In this document: piece by piece, positions 23,495 through 37,700 of the stretch
Layout: the number at the start of each line of letters is the position of its first letter
How positions within the stretch are numbered: position 1 is the first letter of the stretch
Assembly (NCBI GenBank): GCA_000004695.1
Contig: CM000154.2
Span: 2,080,001 to 2,144,000, forward strand
Reading direction: 5' to 3'
Source of the DNA: Dictyostelium discoideum
Lineage: Eukaryota
Length of the DNA: 64,000 nt
The notes under the pieces: generated by a model
The model's input: only the letters and a program-made list of their open reading frames with translations
What the model was told of the DNA's origin: nothing
Databases searched by the model: none
Position numbers and translations under genes: made by a program

Positions 23495-25057
23495 ATGAAT
23501 AATGACAAATTATTTTTTAAAATTTGGAGAAATCAATATTTAAGATTTATAATTACTAAATTTAGAATATTATATGAAAAGAATAAAAAAGTGAAATTCC
23601 TAGATTATAGAGATTTTAAAAGATATAAAGAAAAGGAATTCGTTTTAGAAATTGATTACCAAGGTAATCAATTATTAAAGGATGGTGATTTAAGCGAGTA
23701 TCCAATGGTTAGGATTATAAATTTAAAGGATGGAATTTTTAATAATGTTTCATCAAGTATCTTTGAAAATACATTAATTGAAAAAATTAAATTTCCACCA
23801 TATAGATATAATGCTCCTCCACTATTAACCGATATCAATAAATTACCAAATACTGTGAATTCAATTAAACAATTCCCATATGATTTAAAAATACCAATAC
23901 CAAAATCAATTAAAAAAATTACAATTTCAAGTAATTATTATTTTATAAGAGATTTCTCTTTAGTAAATTATTTAAAATTTTCAGAGAATGAAAATATTAC
24001 CAATTTAAAAATAATTCCAACGTGGAGGGCAAATAGTGATTCAATTTTAATTCAAAATTTATTTCCAAAGAATCTTAAAACTTTGGATTTAGGTAGTTAT
24101 AGTCAAATTTTAAATGAAAATGTTTTACCAACTTCATTAGAGAAATTAGTATTCTCAAGTGGTTATTCAATGACATTTTACTCTAATAAGCTATTATCAT
24201 TAATTAATTTAACTCATTTATCACTTTCACATCAAAATGTTTTACTTGAACCAAATTCAATACCACCTAATGTCACTTTTCTTTCAATTGCAAATCTTGG
24301 TAACCCAGTAGTTGATAATTCAATAATACCAAGAAATTTAAAAACTTTAATAATCAACCCAGCTTTTAGACCTGACTATAAAGGTGTTTCAATCTTATAT
24401 GATACATTTCCAAATTCATTAACAGAGTTAAAATGTGAAGGTTTTAAATTAGCTTCAATACCAAAAATATTTAAAAATGATGATAATTGCTTTTTTCCAA
24501 AATCAATTAAATCATTATCAATTGGTTCAAATTTTAGTGATGGTTTTAAACCTGGTTTTTTTTTTCCTTTAAAACCACCAGCATCATCATCATCATCATC
24601 ATTATGTAATATTACATCAATTACATTTGGATATTATTTCAATGAAATTATATTACCAAATATTTTACCTAAATCATTAACATTTTTAAAATTTGGTACA
24701 AACTATAATCAACCTTTTTTAAAAGATTCAATTCCACCAGGTTGTGAATTAAAGGAATTAATATTTGGTGATTATTTTAATCGATTAGTTGATCATACAA
24801 CAATTCCAATTAAAAGTTTACAAGTTTTAAGATTTGGTTCAAATTTTAAAGTCCCATTAGAATCAATTGGTTTTAATAAATTTGAATCTTTGAAAACCTT
24901 TGAATTGGACTCTAAAAAATATCCATATCATATTGATTTAAAATCACTTGAATTTCCAAAATCATTTGAAACTTTAATTTTAAATAGAATTTTTAAATTT
25001 AGTTCTAATATTATTTTAAATCAAGATTGTATTAAAAATATAATTTATAAAAAATAA
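23495..25057 (+). CDS. FNIP-repeat-containing protein, 520 aa
   Basis: Tandem repeats of about 22 aa of the form IPxxVTxLxFGxxFNQPL (IPPNVTFLSIANLGNPV, IPRNLKTLIINPAFRPD, LPKSLTFLKFGTNYNQPF). This is the Dictyostelium FNIP repeat family pattern. Confidence 0.7.
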   Translation: MNNDKLFFKIWRNQYLRFIITKFRILYEKNKKVKFLDYRDFKRYKEKEFVLEIDYQGNQLLKDGDLSEYPMVRIINLKDGIFNNVSSSIFENTLIEKIKFPPYRYNAPPLLTDINKLPNTVNSIKQFPYDLKIPIPKSIKKITISSNYYFIRDFSLVNYLKFSENENITNLKIIPTWRANSDSILIQNLFPKNLKTLDLGSYSQILNENVLPTSLEKLVFSSGYSMTFYSNKLLSLINLTHLSLSHQNVLLEPNSIPPNVTFLSIANLGNPVVDNSIIPRNLKTLIINPAFRPDYKGVSILYDTFPNSLTELKCEGFKLASIPKIFKNDDNCFFPKSIKSLSIGSNFSDGFKPGFFFPLKPPASSSSSSLCNITSITFGYYFNEIILPNILPKSLTFLKFGTNYNQPFLKDSIPPGCELKELIFGDYFNRLVDHTTIPIKSLQVLRFGSNFKVPLESIGFNKFESLKTFELDSKKYPYHIDLKSLEFPKSFETLILNRIFKFSSNIILNQDCIKNIIYKK

Positions 25058-25411
25058 ATAAATAAAAATTAAAAAATTATAAAAGAAAAGGTGAAAGATC
25101 ATAGTCTGATCAAAAAATAAATAAATAAATAAATAAATAAATAGTAAAAATTAACAAAGTCTAAAAATAAATAATTATTTATTATTTTTTTTTTTTTTAT
25201 TATTATAAATTTTATTTTAAAAAAAGATTTGTTTTTTAATTTTTTACCAAAGCACCAGTAATTGTTTTGATCGCGTCAAAAAAAAAAAAATTAAAAAATT
25301 AAAAATAAAAAATAAAATAAAAAATAAAAAAAAAAATTAAAAAAAAAAAAAATGAAAAAATTTATGATTCGTTTATTTACATTTAATATATCACACCAAG
25401 CACAATAAATA

Positions 25412-25816
25412 ATGCAATTCGCTCATAACTCAAGTATTCAGAAACCAACACCACCAGATAAGGGAAGTTTTCCTCTTGATCATGATAGTGAATGTTCTAA
25501 ACCAATGTTGGCATATGTAAATTGTTTAAGTGAAAATAATGGTTTATCAAGATTTTGTATGGAATTTTCAAAAGAATATTTAAAATGTAGAATGGATAAG
25601 TATGTATTATATATTATCTACATATATAATTTTTAAAAAAATGATCAAACATTTTCTAATATCATAAAAATAAAAATAAAAAGTAATTTAATGGCAAAAG
25701 AAGATATGGATAATTTTGGATTTGAAGAAGTTAAAAAAGCAAAAATTGTACCAGCACCACATTACAATCCAAATGAACCAATTGTAGCAGGTTTATCAAG
25801 AAGAAAAAGAGATTAA
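25412..25816 (+). CDS. cox19: Cytochrome c oxidase assembly protein COX19 (twin CX9C/CHCH), about 106 aa, 2 exons
   Basis: Exons 25412..25599 and 25684..25816 (donor gtatgt, acceptor aaaag). PPDKGSFPLDHDSEC...YVNCL...FCMEFSKEYLKCRMDNNLM aligns with human COX19 (PPDKGSFPLDHLGEC...YLECRMERKLM). The second exon continues ...FGFEEV as human ...LGFGDL. Confidence 0.8.
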
Positions 25817-25905
25817 AAATAGTGATAATAAATACACCCCGTATTTTTCATACCTAAAAAAAAGAAAAAAAAAAAAAAAAAAAAAAAGTTGACAAGCCGA
25901 TTACA

Positions 25906-25937
<32 letters not shown>

Positions 25938-26065
25938 GTATGAAAACCAACTTCCAACTTTCAACGCTTTTAAAACCCAAAAATACAGGGTGAATAAAAA
26001 AAAATAAAAATAATATATTGTAAATAAAGAATAATAATAATAATAATTTAGATTAAAACTTTTAT

Positions 26066-27862
26066 TTATTTACAATTTGTTCTTATTATTAAATTATTAA
26101 TTGTTAAATTATCAATTTCAATTATTGACATTGGTTTACCCCATGGATCACCCAATATTAAATCAATATTTGTTAAATTTTCATTAATATCTATTGACTG
26201 AATTGGGGAATCTGGAAATAAATCACAATAAACTTTTAAATGTACAATTGATTTTGGTAATGATCTAAATAATAGTGTGAATGAATCTTCATATTCTTCA
26301 TTTAATAATGTTAATTCTAAATTTTTTAAACTTGGACAATCAATTAATTTTAAAATCTCTAATTTATAATCACCTTTAATAACTAAACTTTTAAATTTAT
26401 TATTAATTGGTAAATTATTTAAATCAATTTCATTTAATAAATTATTAATTGTATAATTTTCAATGTTATTATTATCATTATCTTCATATGAATCATTATC
26501 ATCATTATCATTATCATTTACAATTAAAAAACCATTTAATTGTTTTAAATTTTTAAAATGATTTTTTAATAATTTTTTTGAAATTGGATAAAATTGATTT
26601 TGATTATTATTTTTTAAAATTTCCAATGATGATGGTAATAATGATAGATTGAATGATGATGAATCCATTAGATTTGGATTAAAATATAATTCTTTTAAAT
26701 TTGGTAATTTTGAAGGTACTTTGATTTGAATACCTAAATCTAATATTTTAATAGTATCTGGTAAATCATTTGATAATAATTTTGAATTAAAAAATCTTGT
26801 TGAAAGGAATTCTCTACTAAAAAATATCAATTTTTCAATTGTTTGAGGAATTTTACCATTAATACCATTTGAAATTTCATTAATAATTGTTAACTCTTTT
26901 ATTGATTTTGGCCAAATTGTTGGTAAATTTTCAATTTTACTTGCAATTATTAATTTATTAATTTCATTTAAATTTTCAATATTAATTTCATTTTCTTCTT
27001 CATCTTCATCTTCTTTATTATTATTATTTTCCAAATCTTTAAAATATGAAAATATATTTTTTGATTTTATTAATTCTGTACCAATATAAATTAAAGAATT
27101 TGAATTTATATTTTTAAATAAATTTATATTTTTATGAATATTATCTAAATGATACCAAGGTAAATGAATCAATTCTAATGAGTTTGGGATTGGACCATTA
27201 ATTGTACCATTATAATTTGAACCTAATATTAAAGTTTTTAAACCCATTGGTAAATTATAATTAAATTCTAAATATTTATTCCATTTACTACCAAATTGAA
27301 TATGTAAAAGTGTTGATGGTAAAACGAATGGTTTTATCTCTTGATCAAATGAATAACAAAATTTTAAATATTTTATAGTTGGTACAATAAACCCAATTGG
27401 TATAACTTGATTAAATCTACCACCAAATACTAATCTAACAACTGATTTTGGAATTATTAATTTCGATTTATTATTACCACTATTTGTTGGTAATTTATCC
27501 ATTATAGTTAAATTATTAATTGTATCTGGTAATGATTGATCACCATCATCATTATTATTTGAATATTCTCTTAATGTTAATCTTGTTATGTATGGTGGCA
27601 ATATCTTTTTTAAAGGATAATTAAATTCACCAACTAATGCAATCACTGTAATATAAGACCAATATGGATAATTCAAAAGAGAATCTTGTTCAAAATAAAT
27701 ATATTTTGTTAAATAATAAACATTACCAAATAATCTAGCATGTTTCCAAATGTTTTTTAATAAATATTTATTTTTATAAACTTTCCAAAATAATTTTTCA
27801 TTATTTTCATCATAATTATTATTATCAATAAAATGATTAATTTTTAATTTTTTATTTAACAT
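26066..27862 (-). CDS. FNIP-repeat-containing protein, 598 aa
   Basis: Repeats LPPYITRLTL, IPKSVVRLVFGGRFNQVI, LPSTLLHIQFGSKWNKYL, LPMGLKTLILGSNYNGTI. Acidic (DEDEEENE) and poly-N inserts. Confidence 0.7.
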   Translation of the reverse strand: MLNKKLKINHFIDNNNYDENNEKLFWKVYKNKYLLKNIWKHARLFGNVYYLTKYIYFEQDSLLNYPYWSYITVIALVGEFNYPLKKILPPYITRLTLREYSNNNDDGDQSLPDTINNLTIMDKLPTNSGNNKSKLIIPKSVVRLVFGGRFNQVIPIGFIVPTIKYLKFCYSFDQEIKPFVLPSTLLHIQFGSKWNKYLEFNYNLPMGLKTLILGSNYNGTINGPIPNSLELIHLPWYHLDNIHKNINLFKNINSNSLIYIGTELIKSKNIFSYFKDLENNNNKEDEDEEENEINIENLNEINKLIIASKIENLPTIWPKSIKELTIINEISNGINGKIPQTIEKLIFFSREFLSTRFFNSKLLSNDLPDTIKILDLGIQIKVPSKLPNLKELYFNPNLMDSSSFNLSLLPSSLEILKNNNQNQFYPISKKLLKNHFKNLKQLNGFLIVNDNDNDDNDSYEDNDNNNIENYTINNLLNEIDLNNLPINNKFKSLVIKGDYKLEILKLIDCPSLKNLELTLLNEEYEDSFTLLFRSLPKSIVHLKVYCDLFPDSPIQSIDINENLTNIDLILGDPWGKPMSIIEIDNLTINNLIIRTNCK

Positions 27863-28409
27863 TTTAATTATTTTTTCATTTTTTTTTTTAAATTTTAAAT
27901 TTTGATTAAAAAAAAAAAAAGAAAAAAAAAAAAAATCTATTTTAAAAAATTCATCAAAAGAGATGAATAAAGAAAAAAAAAAAAAAATAATAACCTATTT
28001 TTAAAAATTCATCAAAAGAGATATAAAAAAAAAAAAAAATAATTAAAAATAAAAAAAAATGTAGAGGAGATATAAAAAAAAAAAAAAAAAAAAAAAAATG
28101 GTTCTACCAATGCCCAAAAAGCAATGATATTTTCTATTGCCTAATTTTTCACTTTTTTTTATTTTTATTTTCTTTTATTTTTTTTTTTTTTAAAAAAGCA
28201 ACTTCCCTTTATAAAAAGCCACATGATCACTTTTTTTTTTTTATTTTATTTTTTTTTTTTTTATTATTTTTTTTTTTTCACTCATAAAAAAAAATCAAAA
28301 TCTATCTCGGCTTTTTTTTTTTTTTTTTTGGTGGGTTTTGTAATTAGGTGAATAGCGAGAGTTGATTTTCAGATATTTTACTTTTTAAATAAATAATTTT
28401 TTTGAATTA

Positions 28410-28440
<31 letters not shown>

Positions 28441-28748
28441 TGAAGACGAGCGTAAAATTTTTTGTTTAAATTCAAAAAAAAATTTTTTTCATTTTTTTTT
28501 TTCTATCATTCTTAATACAGTCAATCAATTCGAAAGTTATAATCCAACATAACAAATAATTATTAAAATTACAATTAAATTTTATTTTCATAATAATCAA
28601 TAAAAAAGATTTCGAGATAAATTTAATTTCAACCAATAATTATTTATATAATAAATTAAAACTTTTCAGCTAATAATCGATTAACCAATTAAAATAAAAA
28701 AAGAATAAATATCAATTTTTTTCTATAAAAAAAAAAAAAAACTCAAAA

Positions 28749-29813
28749 ATGAATACTCAACAACGTGCTATGGAAGGTGATCTTTCCAGAATTGTTGCCA
28801 TCTCTCGTAAAGAAAAAGATGCCGTCTCTCGTAACGATAAAGTCGATGATACTTTAAATGGTTACAAAGAACTCTTCAAAGGTAACGATGACAAAGCCAT
28901 CCAAGCCCGTAAGAACAATTACACCCATATGGTCAACACTTTCTACGATTTAGCCACTGATTTCTATGAATTTGGTTGGGGTCAATCTTTCCATTTTGCC
29001 ACTCGTCATAAGTATGAATCATTCGAAGCCTCAATTGCTCGTCACGAAATGTACATGGCCCATCAACTTGGTCTCTTCCCAGGTATGAAAGTCATCGATA
29101 TCGGTTGTGGTGTTGGTGGTCCAATGAGAACCATTGCCCGTTTCTCTGGTGCCAACGTTGTCGGTCTCAACAACAACGAATACCAAATCCAACGTGGTAA
29201 ACGTTTAAATGAAAGTGCTGGTCTCTCCCACTTATGTTCATTCATCAAAGCCGATTTCATGCACGTCCCAGTCGAAGATAACACCTACGATTGTGCCTAC
29301 CAAATCGAAGCCACTTGTCACGCCCCAGATCTCGTTGGTCTCTACAAGGAAGTCTTCCGTATCGTTAAACCAGGCGGTTTATTCGGTGGTTATGAATGGA
29401 TTATGACCAACAAATTCAACCCAGAAGACCCAGTTGAAGTCAACATCAAAAAACAAATTGAATTAGGTAATGGTCTCCCAGATCTTGTCAAACCAGCTGA
29501 AATCATCAATGCTGCCAAAGCTGCTGGTTTCGAAGTTATCACTGCTTTCGATGTTGCTGAAACCTCTGAACTCCCATGGTACTTACCATTATCAAGTGGT
29601 GTCTCTATCACTGGTTTCCTCCACACTGGTGTCGGTCGTTACTTAACTGGTAAATTCACTCAACTCTTGGAAATTGTCAAATTAGCTCCAGCTGGTTCAT
29701 ACAACACCAACGTTTGGTTACAAAATGCTGCTACCTTCTTAGTCCAAGGTGGTGAAAAACAAATTTTCTCCCCAATGTTCTTCTTATTATGTCGTAAACC
29801 AAGCACTGATTAA
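28749..29813 (+). CDS. smt1: Sterol 24-C-methyltransferase (ERG6/SMT1 family), 354 aa
   Basis: [18 protein letters not shown], the SAM-binding [11 protein letters not shown], and YEWIMT motifs. Codon usage is markedly GC-richer than its neighbours, consistent with high expression. Single exon. Confidence 0.9.
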
Positions 29814-30037
29814 ATAAAACTTTAATTCACCCATTTTTTTTTTAAAAAAAAATAAAAAATCTTTTTTTTAAATTATTTGTATTCATTTTTTTTATTTTTT
29901 ATGGATTCCATTTTCATTAAATCTTTCATAAATTTAAAAATAAAAAAAAAGATTATTTTTGCATTATTTTTTTCTATTTTTTTCATTTCGTTTTTTAATT
30001 TTTTTTATTTTTTTTTTTATTTTTCTTTTAGTGAAGG

Positions 30038-31010
30038 ATGGAAAAAGAAACAATTAACTCTTCCCCAAAAAAAACGACAACAACAACAACACAAAAATTA
30101 AATGATAAAGAATATTTATCAACATTATCAAAAGATGAATTAATAAATTTAATTGTTCAAGAGAATGAAAAGAAACAACAACAATCAAAAAATATTTTTA
30201 AAAATAATGGTGTAGAGAATACAGAAGGTAAAAAGAAAAAAAAAAATAGAAATAAACAATCAAATATTAATTTCGATAAATGTTATAAAAGACATGTTGC
30301 ATTTAAATTATCATATGTTGGTTGGCCATTTTTTGGTTTTGCAGCACAAGATTGTTCTGAAGAAACAATTGAAAATTATTTAATTAAAGCATTTTTAAAA
30401 ACAAGTTTAATACCAGATATTAAAACTGCAAATTATTTTAAGTATGCAAAATTTTTTTTTTTTTTTTTTAAAAAATAGATAAAATTTTATTAATATCTTT
30501 ATTTGTGTGTGTGTGTTTTATTTTTATTTTTATTTTTATTTTTAGATCAGGTAGAACTGATAAAGGTGTATCAGCATATGGTCAAGTTATTTCACTTTAT
30601 GTTAGATCAAATTTAAAAGAAGGTGAAGGTATAATTCCCCCAAAAGATCAATCAGGTGGGCCAATTTCAAATAGAACTAAATCAAATAAAACAGAATTAA
30701 CAAAGAATAATGATAATGAGAAAGCTAGAAAAGGTAATAAAAAATCAATTGAAGATGATGAAGAATTACCATACATTAAAATGTTAAATGGTGTATTACC
30801 ACCAGAAATTAGAATTTTGGCATGGGCACCTGTTCCATTTCATTTCAATGCTAGATTTAGTACATTATCAAGAACTTATAAATATTTCTTTAATCCAAAT
30901 GGTTTAGATTTAAATGTAATATTTAATAATTATTATTATTAATTATTTATTTATTTTTTTTTTAAAAAAAAATAGATGGAATAATATTAATATTAGCATT
31001 TATTTTATTA

Positions 31011-31090
<80 letters not shown>

Positions 31091-31458
31091 TTAGTTAATG
31101 AAAGAAGCAAGTAAATTATATTTAGGTGAACATAATTATATAAACTTTTGTAAGATTGATGTAAATGTTAAATCATTTATGAGAGTTATATTACAATTTG
31201 ATATTGAAAAAGTTGAAAATAGTGAATTATACGTTGCAACAATTAAAGGATTTGCATTCTTATGGCATCAAATACGTTGTATGATGGCAGTTTTATTTTT
31301 AATTGGTCAAAAGAAAGCAAATATATCATTAATCACTCAATTATTAGATACAAATAAAACTATTACAAAACCACCTTATGAAATGGCCTCTGAGGTACCT
31401 TTAGTATTATTTGATTGTGGTTATGATGACATTGATTTCATTTATGAATCTTGTAAGT

Positions 31459-31495
<37 letters not shown>

Positions 31496-31898
31496 ATAAT
31501 AATAATTTTTTTTATTTTATTTATTAATATATTGAAATTTAAATATTTATATAGCTGTACAAGAAAAAACAGTAGAATCAATGTTTGGTGTATATAATGA
31601 CTATTTAATTAAAACAGAAGTTAATAGATTAATTAGATCAACTTTAAAAAATACTGAACCAACAACTACTTCAAAAATTCCACAACCAATCACAAATATT
31701 ACAAATCCAATAACATCACCAACATTATCGACAACATCAACATCAACATCAACATCAACAACAACAACTACAACTACAGAAACAAATGAAATAAATTCAA
31801 TTAATATTGGAGAAAAAAGAAAACATTCAATTGCTGAATCAGAGAAAGAATTAGAGGAGGAAGGAAATGAACATAAACATAAACATAATAAAAACTAA
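30038..31898 (+). CDS. pus3: tRNA pseudouridine(38/39) synthase, TruA family (Pus3/Deg1-like), about 491 aa, 4 exons
   Basis: Exons 30038..30441, 30546..30915, 31095..31452, 31555..31898. Donors are gtatgc, gtaata, gtaagt. RHVAFKLSYVGWPFFGFAAQ (exon 1), catalytic SGRTDKGVSAYGQVISL (exon 2) and FLWHQIRCMMAVLFLIGQ...VPLVLFDCGY (exon 3) align with human PUS3. A T/S/N-rich, HKHKH C-terminal tail follows. Intron 2 carries a long (ATT)n. Confidence 0.8.
31012..31095. repeat. (ATT)n microsatellite in pus3 intron 2
   Basis: A pure trinucleotide tract of about 28 units. Confidence 0.9.
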
Positions 31899-32806
31899 AT
31901 TGATTTCTAATTTCTAATTTTTTCAAAATTAAAATTAATGTATGATTATTCAATTTTTATTATTATTATTTTTATCTACTTATTCATTATAAAATATTTT
32001 TTGTTTATTTTAAAAAAAAAAAAAATTTATTTTTAAAACTTTCCACTCAAAAATAAATTTAATATAATATAAAATAAAAAAAAGACATATTTATATATTT
32101 ATATTATATTATATATATATAAATATTGATTGTGGCAGTTATTTTTAATTATTTTTATGTAAACTTTTTTTGATATTTCAAGATTTTATATATAGGGTAT
32201 ATTAAGTAACCTTTTTTAAATATTAATTTTGAAATTACACAAAATAAATAATTCATTGAGGAAAAACAGTATTAGTGTGTGTTTAGTGGTTAAATTTGTA
32301 AACCAAAATAGTTTTGGGTGTGTTACATAAATCATCCCAAAAAAAAAAAAAAAAATTAAAAAAATTATTATTTTATTTAATTGGAAGAAGAGTATGATAC
32401 AAATAATAAAAACAATAATAATGGTAAAAAAATCTTTTTATATAAAGGGGTTGTGTCAGTTTCCCAAAAAACATGAAAAATTCGAAAAATTAAAATAATA
32501 GATCAAATTACAACTTTTTTTAAATAAAAAAAAAAAAAAAAATTAAGAAATAATAATAAAATAAAGAAAATAATAATCGTGGGCATTAATAATAATAATT
32601 TATAATAAAAAAAATTATAATTCCTTATCAACATATTTTATTATTTAAATATTTTTTTATTATAATTTTATTTTTTTATTTAATTTTAATTTTTTTATTT
32701 TATTTTATTTTTAAATGTATAAATAAAATTTAAATATAAACTATTATAATTTTTTATTTTTTAATACACTTTTAAATTTAGATTAAAAAAGAGTTTTTTT
32801 TAAAAA

Positions 32807-33412
<606 letters not shown>

Positions 33413-33859
33413 AACTTATTTTTAATAGTTAGTCATATAAAATATAAATAAAAGTTTAATCACTTATAAAGTTTTTTTTTTTTTTTATATCTTTTTATGT
33501 ATTTTTGAGTGTATATTTTAATATACTAAATTCATATTGAAATTAAATAAAAATAAATTTTAAAATTAAAAAAAAATGAAATATTTTTTAATTGTCAAGA
33601 TGACACAATATGAAGATTAGAGAATGTAAAAGTAGGTCTTGATTGTTATTGATAAACTATTGATGATTTTACACACCACCTATAGGTAAATAGTTATAAA
33701 ATTACCACTTTTTTAGGAACAATATAAATGCAACAAATTATTCTTGGAATTTTTTATTTTTTTACTTTTTATTTTTTTTTTATTTTTTTTATTTATTTTT
33801 TTATTTTTATTTTTTTTTTGCCATTTCACAAAAAAAGAAAAACAAAACAAGTTATAAAT

Positions 33860-34407
33860 ATGTCAAATAAAATTATAGAACATTCAAAAATTGTAATGAT
33901 AGATGAGATAATGAATAATAGTAAAGAGTTCTCATTAAAAGAAAGGTCATCAATAAAGACGATAGGGATTTTGAAATTGATAGATTTAGATAATAATTTA
34001 GCATTATTAGAATATAAACAAACTTTTTTATATTGCACAATTGATCAATTCATTTCTCATTTACCTTCAAAATTAAATACATATTACCAAATAATAGGTG
34101 AATTAGAGAAACCAAATGTATGTATATATTTAAAAAACTATAACATAAAATTCTAAAAAAATATATAAAATAATCACAAACTAAACTTTAATATTATATT
34201 TATATATATAATGTTAATAATAATACATTTTAGTTAAAACAGCAAAAAGAAATTGAAAAAAGAGAAAATTTAGGTAATAATATTAATAAAGATTGGATAT
34301 TAAATTCTAGAGTTTATAGATTAATTGATGGTATTGATATTGATTTATATAAAGAGTCTTTGATTGTCCGAAGAAATTTTGAACAACAGAATGCTTCTTT
34401 TAATTAA
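33860..34407 (+). CDS. Hypothetical small protein, about 143 aa, 2 exons; possible OB-fold or RPA14/Ten1-like, unassigned
   Basis: Exons 33860..34117 (donor gtatgt) and 34234..34407 (acceptor ttttag). The ATG has good context and both exons are clean phase-0 and open. No family recognised. Confidence 0.4.
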
Positions 34408-34787
34408 TAATTTTTAAAATACCAAAATAAACAATTGTAAATAATAAAATAAAATAAAATTATTTTTAAAGACTAGTGGTTGTTGTAATGGAGACAATTG
34501 CTTGTGTGCTAAAATCAACTACCAACTACAACTTTAGTGCCAATCTCTTCTTGTGATCCAAATGTCAAATCAAATTTATTTTTGATAATTAAAATTATTT
34601 ATTATAATATCTTGGATATTTTAATTGTCTAAAAATAATAATATCTAATATCTAATTTTTTATTTAAAAAGATAACTAAAATTAATAAAAGTAAAAAAAT
34701 ATCAAATTATACAATTTTATAAATAGTATTGTTAATTGTATTTATTTTTTTTTTAAAAAAAAAAAAAAAAAAAAAATGTATTTATTT

Positions 34788-37700
34788 TTATTTAACTGTA
34801 ACTCCTGTTGGTGAAGATTCTTTATTGTTATTTGATTTCTTTTCAACTCTTAATTCAATATCTTCACTTCCAATTGAGGAAGAAGATGATTTATCTTTAT
34901 CTTGTTCGATTAATCTTTCAATATCATCTTTTCTACCAGGTTTTGGACTTGTGGTCTTGGTTATAATTTTATTTGGTGGTGATAATAGACTATTGGTAGT
35001 GGTTGAAGTTGATGCTGGTGGGGATGTTTTTGTTGCGATTGTGGCAGTTGATGTTGAAACAAAACGTGGTGATACTGGATTAGTGGTGGTAGTAGGGGTT
35101 GACTTTGCCATAGTTGTTGCAGTTGATGTATAACGTGGTGATGAAGGATTAACTGATTTTGGATCATTTGATGAAGTTGGTGATATTGGAGTTGGTGATG
35201 TTGTTGTTGGTGATGTTGTTGTTGTTGGAGATAATTTTGAAATTGTAACTGGTGGTTTATTTACAGATGATGTTGTTGTTGAGGTTGTTGAAGTAACTGT
35301 TGGAGCAGTTTTATTGATTGTATTCGTTTCAGGTTTAGAAACTGTGGTTGATGTAGGTTTTGAGGCTGTTGCTGTTGAAATAGTTGCTGATGATTTCAAA
35401 GTTGGAGATATAGAAGGCTTAGCTGTAACTGTTGATGTTGGTGATAATGATGATGATGTTGGTGATTTTGGTGAAACTACTGATGTCGTTGTTTTATTTT
35501 CAGTTGGTGATGCTGATGGTTTAGCGACAGCTGTAGTTGTAGTAGTGGTGGTGGTTGGTGAAATTGGTGATTTTGGTGAAACTACTGATGTCGTTTTATT
35601 TTCAGTTGGTGATGTAGTTGGTGTTGTTGAGAGTGGTTTATTTACAGTTGCTGTAGATTTACTTGTTGCAATGGTTGAAGTTGTTGTTGTTGTTGCTGCT
35701 GCAGCAGGCTTATTAAATGTTGCAGCTATTTTACTAATATTAACGGGTGGTACAACTGTAGTGGTGGGTTTGTTAATTGTTGATGTGGTAGTAGTTGTTG
35801 TACCAACAGTAGCAGCAGCAGGTTTATTGGTTACAGTAGTAGCAGCAGGTTTATTGGTTACAGTAGTAGCAGCAGGTTTATTGGTCACAGTAGTAGTGGC
35901 AGGTTTATTGATTATATTAGTATTAGCAGCAGCAGGTTTGTTGGTTACAGTAGCAGCAGGCTTATTAGTTACAATAGTATCAGCCGGTTTACTGATAGAA
36001 GTCGTATTTGTAATTGGAGTAGTGGCAGCAGGCTTATTAAATGCTGCAGCAAGTTTATTTATATTAGAAGAGGGAGTAGATGGTGCAGTTGATGGTATAG
36101 TTGGTTTATTAATAGTGGTTGATACTGGTTTTGGTGAAATTGTTGTTTTATTTACATTGGTTGTTGATGGTGGTGATGATGATGATGATGATGATACATT
36201 CTCTACTGGTTTGTTGCTATCAGAAGTTGAAATTTTTTCAACTATTGGCGGCGAAGTTTTAATACTTTCTGATGATTTAACTAAAGTGGATGGTTTAATA
36301 ACACTATTTTCATTTTCAACTTTTGGAGTTGGAGGTCTATGAACAGGTGCTTTAGTACCCTCTGATGATTTATTCAAATTACTAATTGGTGTTGATGAAG
36401 TTAAACTTATTGGTGAGGTAATTGGACTTACAGAGTTTGTAGTTGTATTGGAACCACTAATTAATGGAGAGGTGGTAGTTGTAGTAGTGGTTGTGGTTGT
36501 GGTAGTTGTAGTAGTAGTGACTAAAGATGCTATTGTTGATGGTGAAGATAGTGATAGAGATGGAGATGAAGATGGTGGTTGTGATTTCTCATCAGTTTGA
36601 GAGATAACAATTGGTAAGACAATTTTTTCTTCAGTCGTAGTGGTTGTTGAAGAAGAGGATGATGATGATGATGTTGAAACTGGTTGTGATAATTCAGGTG
36701 ATACAATTAATTCTTTTACCTTTTCTTTTTCTTTTTCTTTTTCTTTTTCAGTCTCTTTTTCTTTTACAGTCTCTATTTCTTCTTTTTCTTTTTCAGTCTC
36801 TATTTCTTTTTCTAATTTTTCTTCCTCTTTTTCTACATTCTTTTCTCTCTTTATCACTACCTTTTCTTGGTTTACCTTTTCTACAAACTCTTTTTCAGAT
36901 TCTTTTTCCTTTTCTTTTTCAATTTCTTTGTTATCTTTCTTTTCATGTTGTTCTGATTCTTTTGATGGTGTTATTTGTATTGGTGGTGATGATTCTGGTT
37001 GTGATTGTGATGTCTCTGTTATAATTATTGGAGTTGGTAATGAGGTAATTGATCTTTCTTTTACAACCAATCCCTCATCTTCTTCTTTTGGTTTTTCTTC
37101 TTTTTGTTGTTGTTGTTGTTGTTGTTTTAGTTGATCCATTCTATTATTTGTACCAATGAATTCTTCATCCAATTTACTTTGATCAGAGAAATCGATTGGA
37201 GTTGAATGGGCAATTGTCATTCTTCTTGAAGGTGGTTTAACACTTAACCTCTTTGCCCTGTCTCTTGTTGGGTGTGATAATAATGATGAATTTGCTTTTG
37301 CTTCTTCCTCAGTGACTGGTTGTATTGGTTTAACAGGACTATTATTATTACTATTTGAACCTTGTACAATCATACTACCTCCACCTCTTGCGAATCCTGG
37401 ATTACCACCCATACCAATCAAACCCTCTAATTTTGATGCAAATTCAGAATTCTTTTTAATTGGACTTGAACCACTAACTTTATTATTTGGTATGGCTATT
37501 GAATTTCTGTATGTTATTTTATTAGGTGATCCTGATAAACCACCAATATTATTATTACTATTATTATTATTATTATTATTATTACTAACACCCATATTAT
37601 GTTGAGTTGGTGGAATAATTGGAACAAATGAATGTCTTTTATTTGGTGAAGGTTTATTTGAAGTTGGTGTTATTAAATTTTTAACTGGGGTTGTAGTTGA

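Noticed and set aside
34729-37134. Plus-strand ORFs 34729..35133, 35314..36342, 36640..37134, 36644..37024 and 37312..37605
   Set aside because: These are antisense or other-frame readings of the repetitive Ser/Thr-rich exon (34788-38277, minus strand). The Val/Gly-rich sequences are the complement of Thr/Pro codons.
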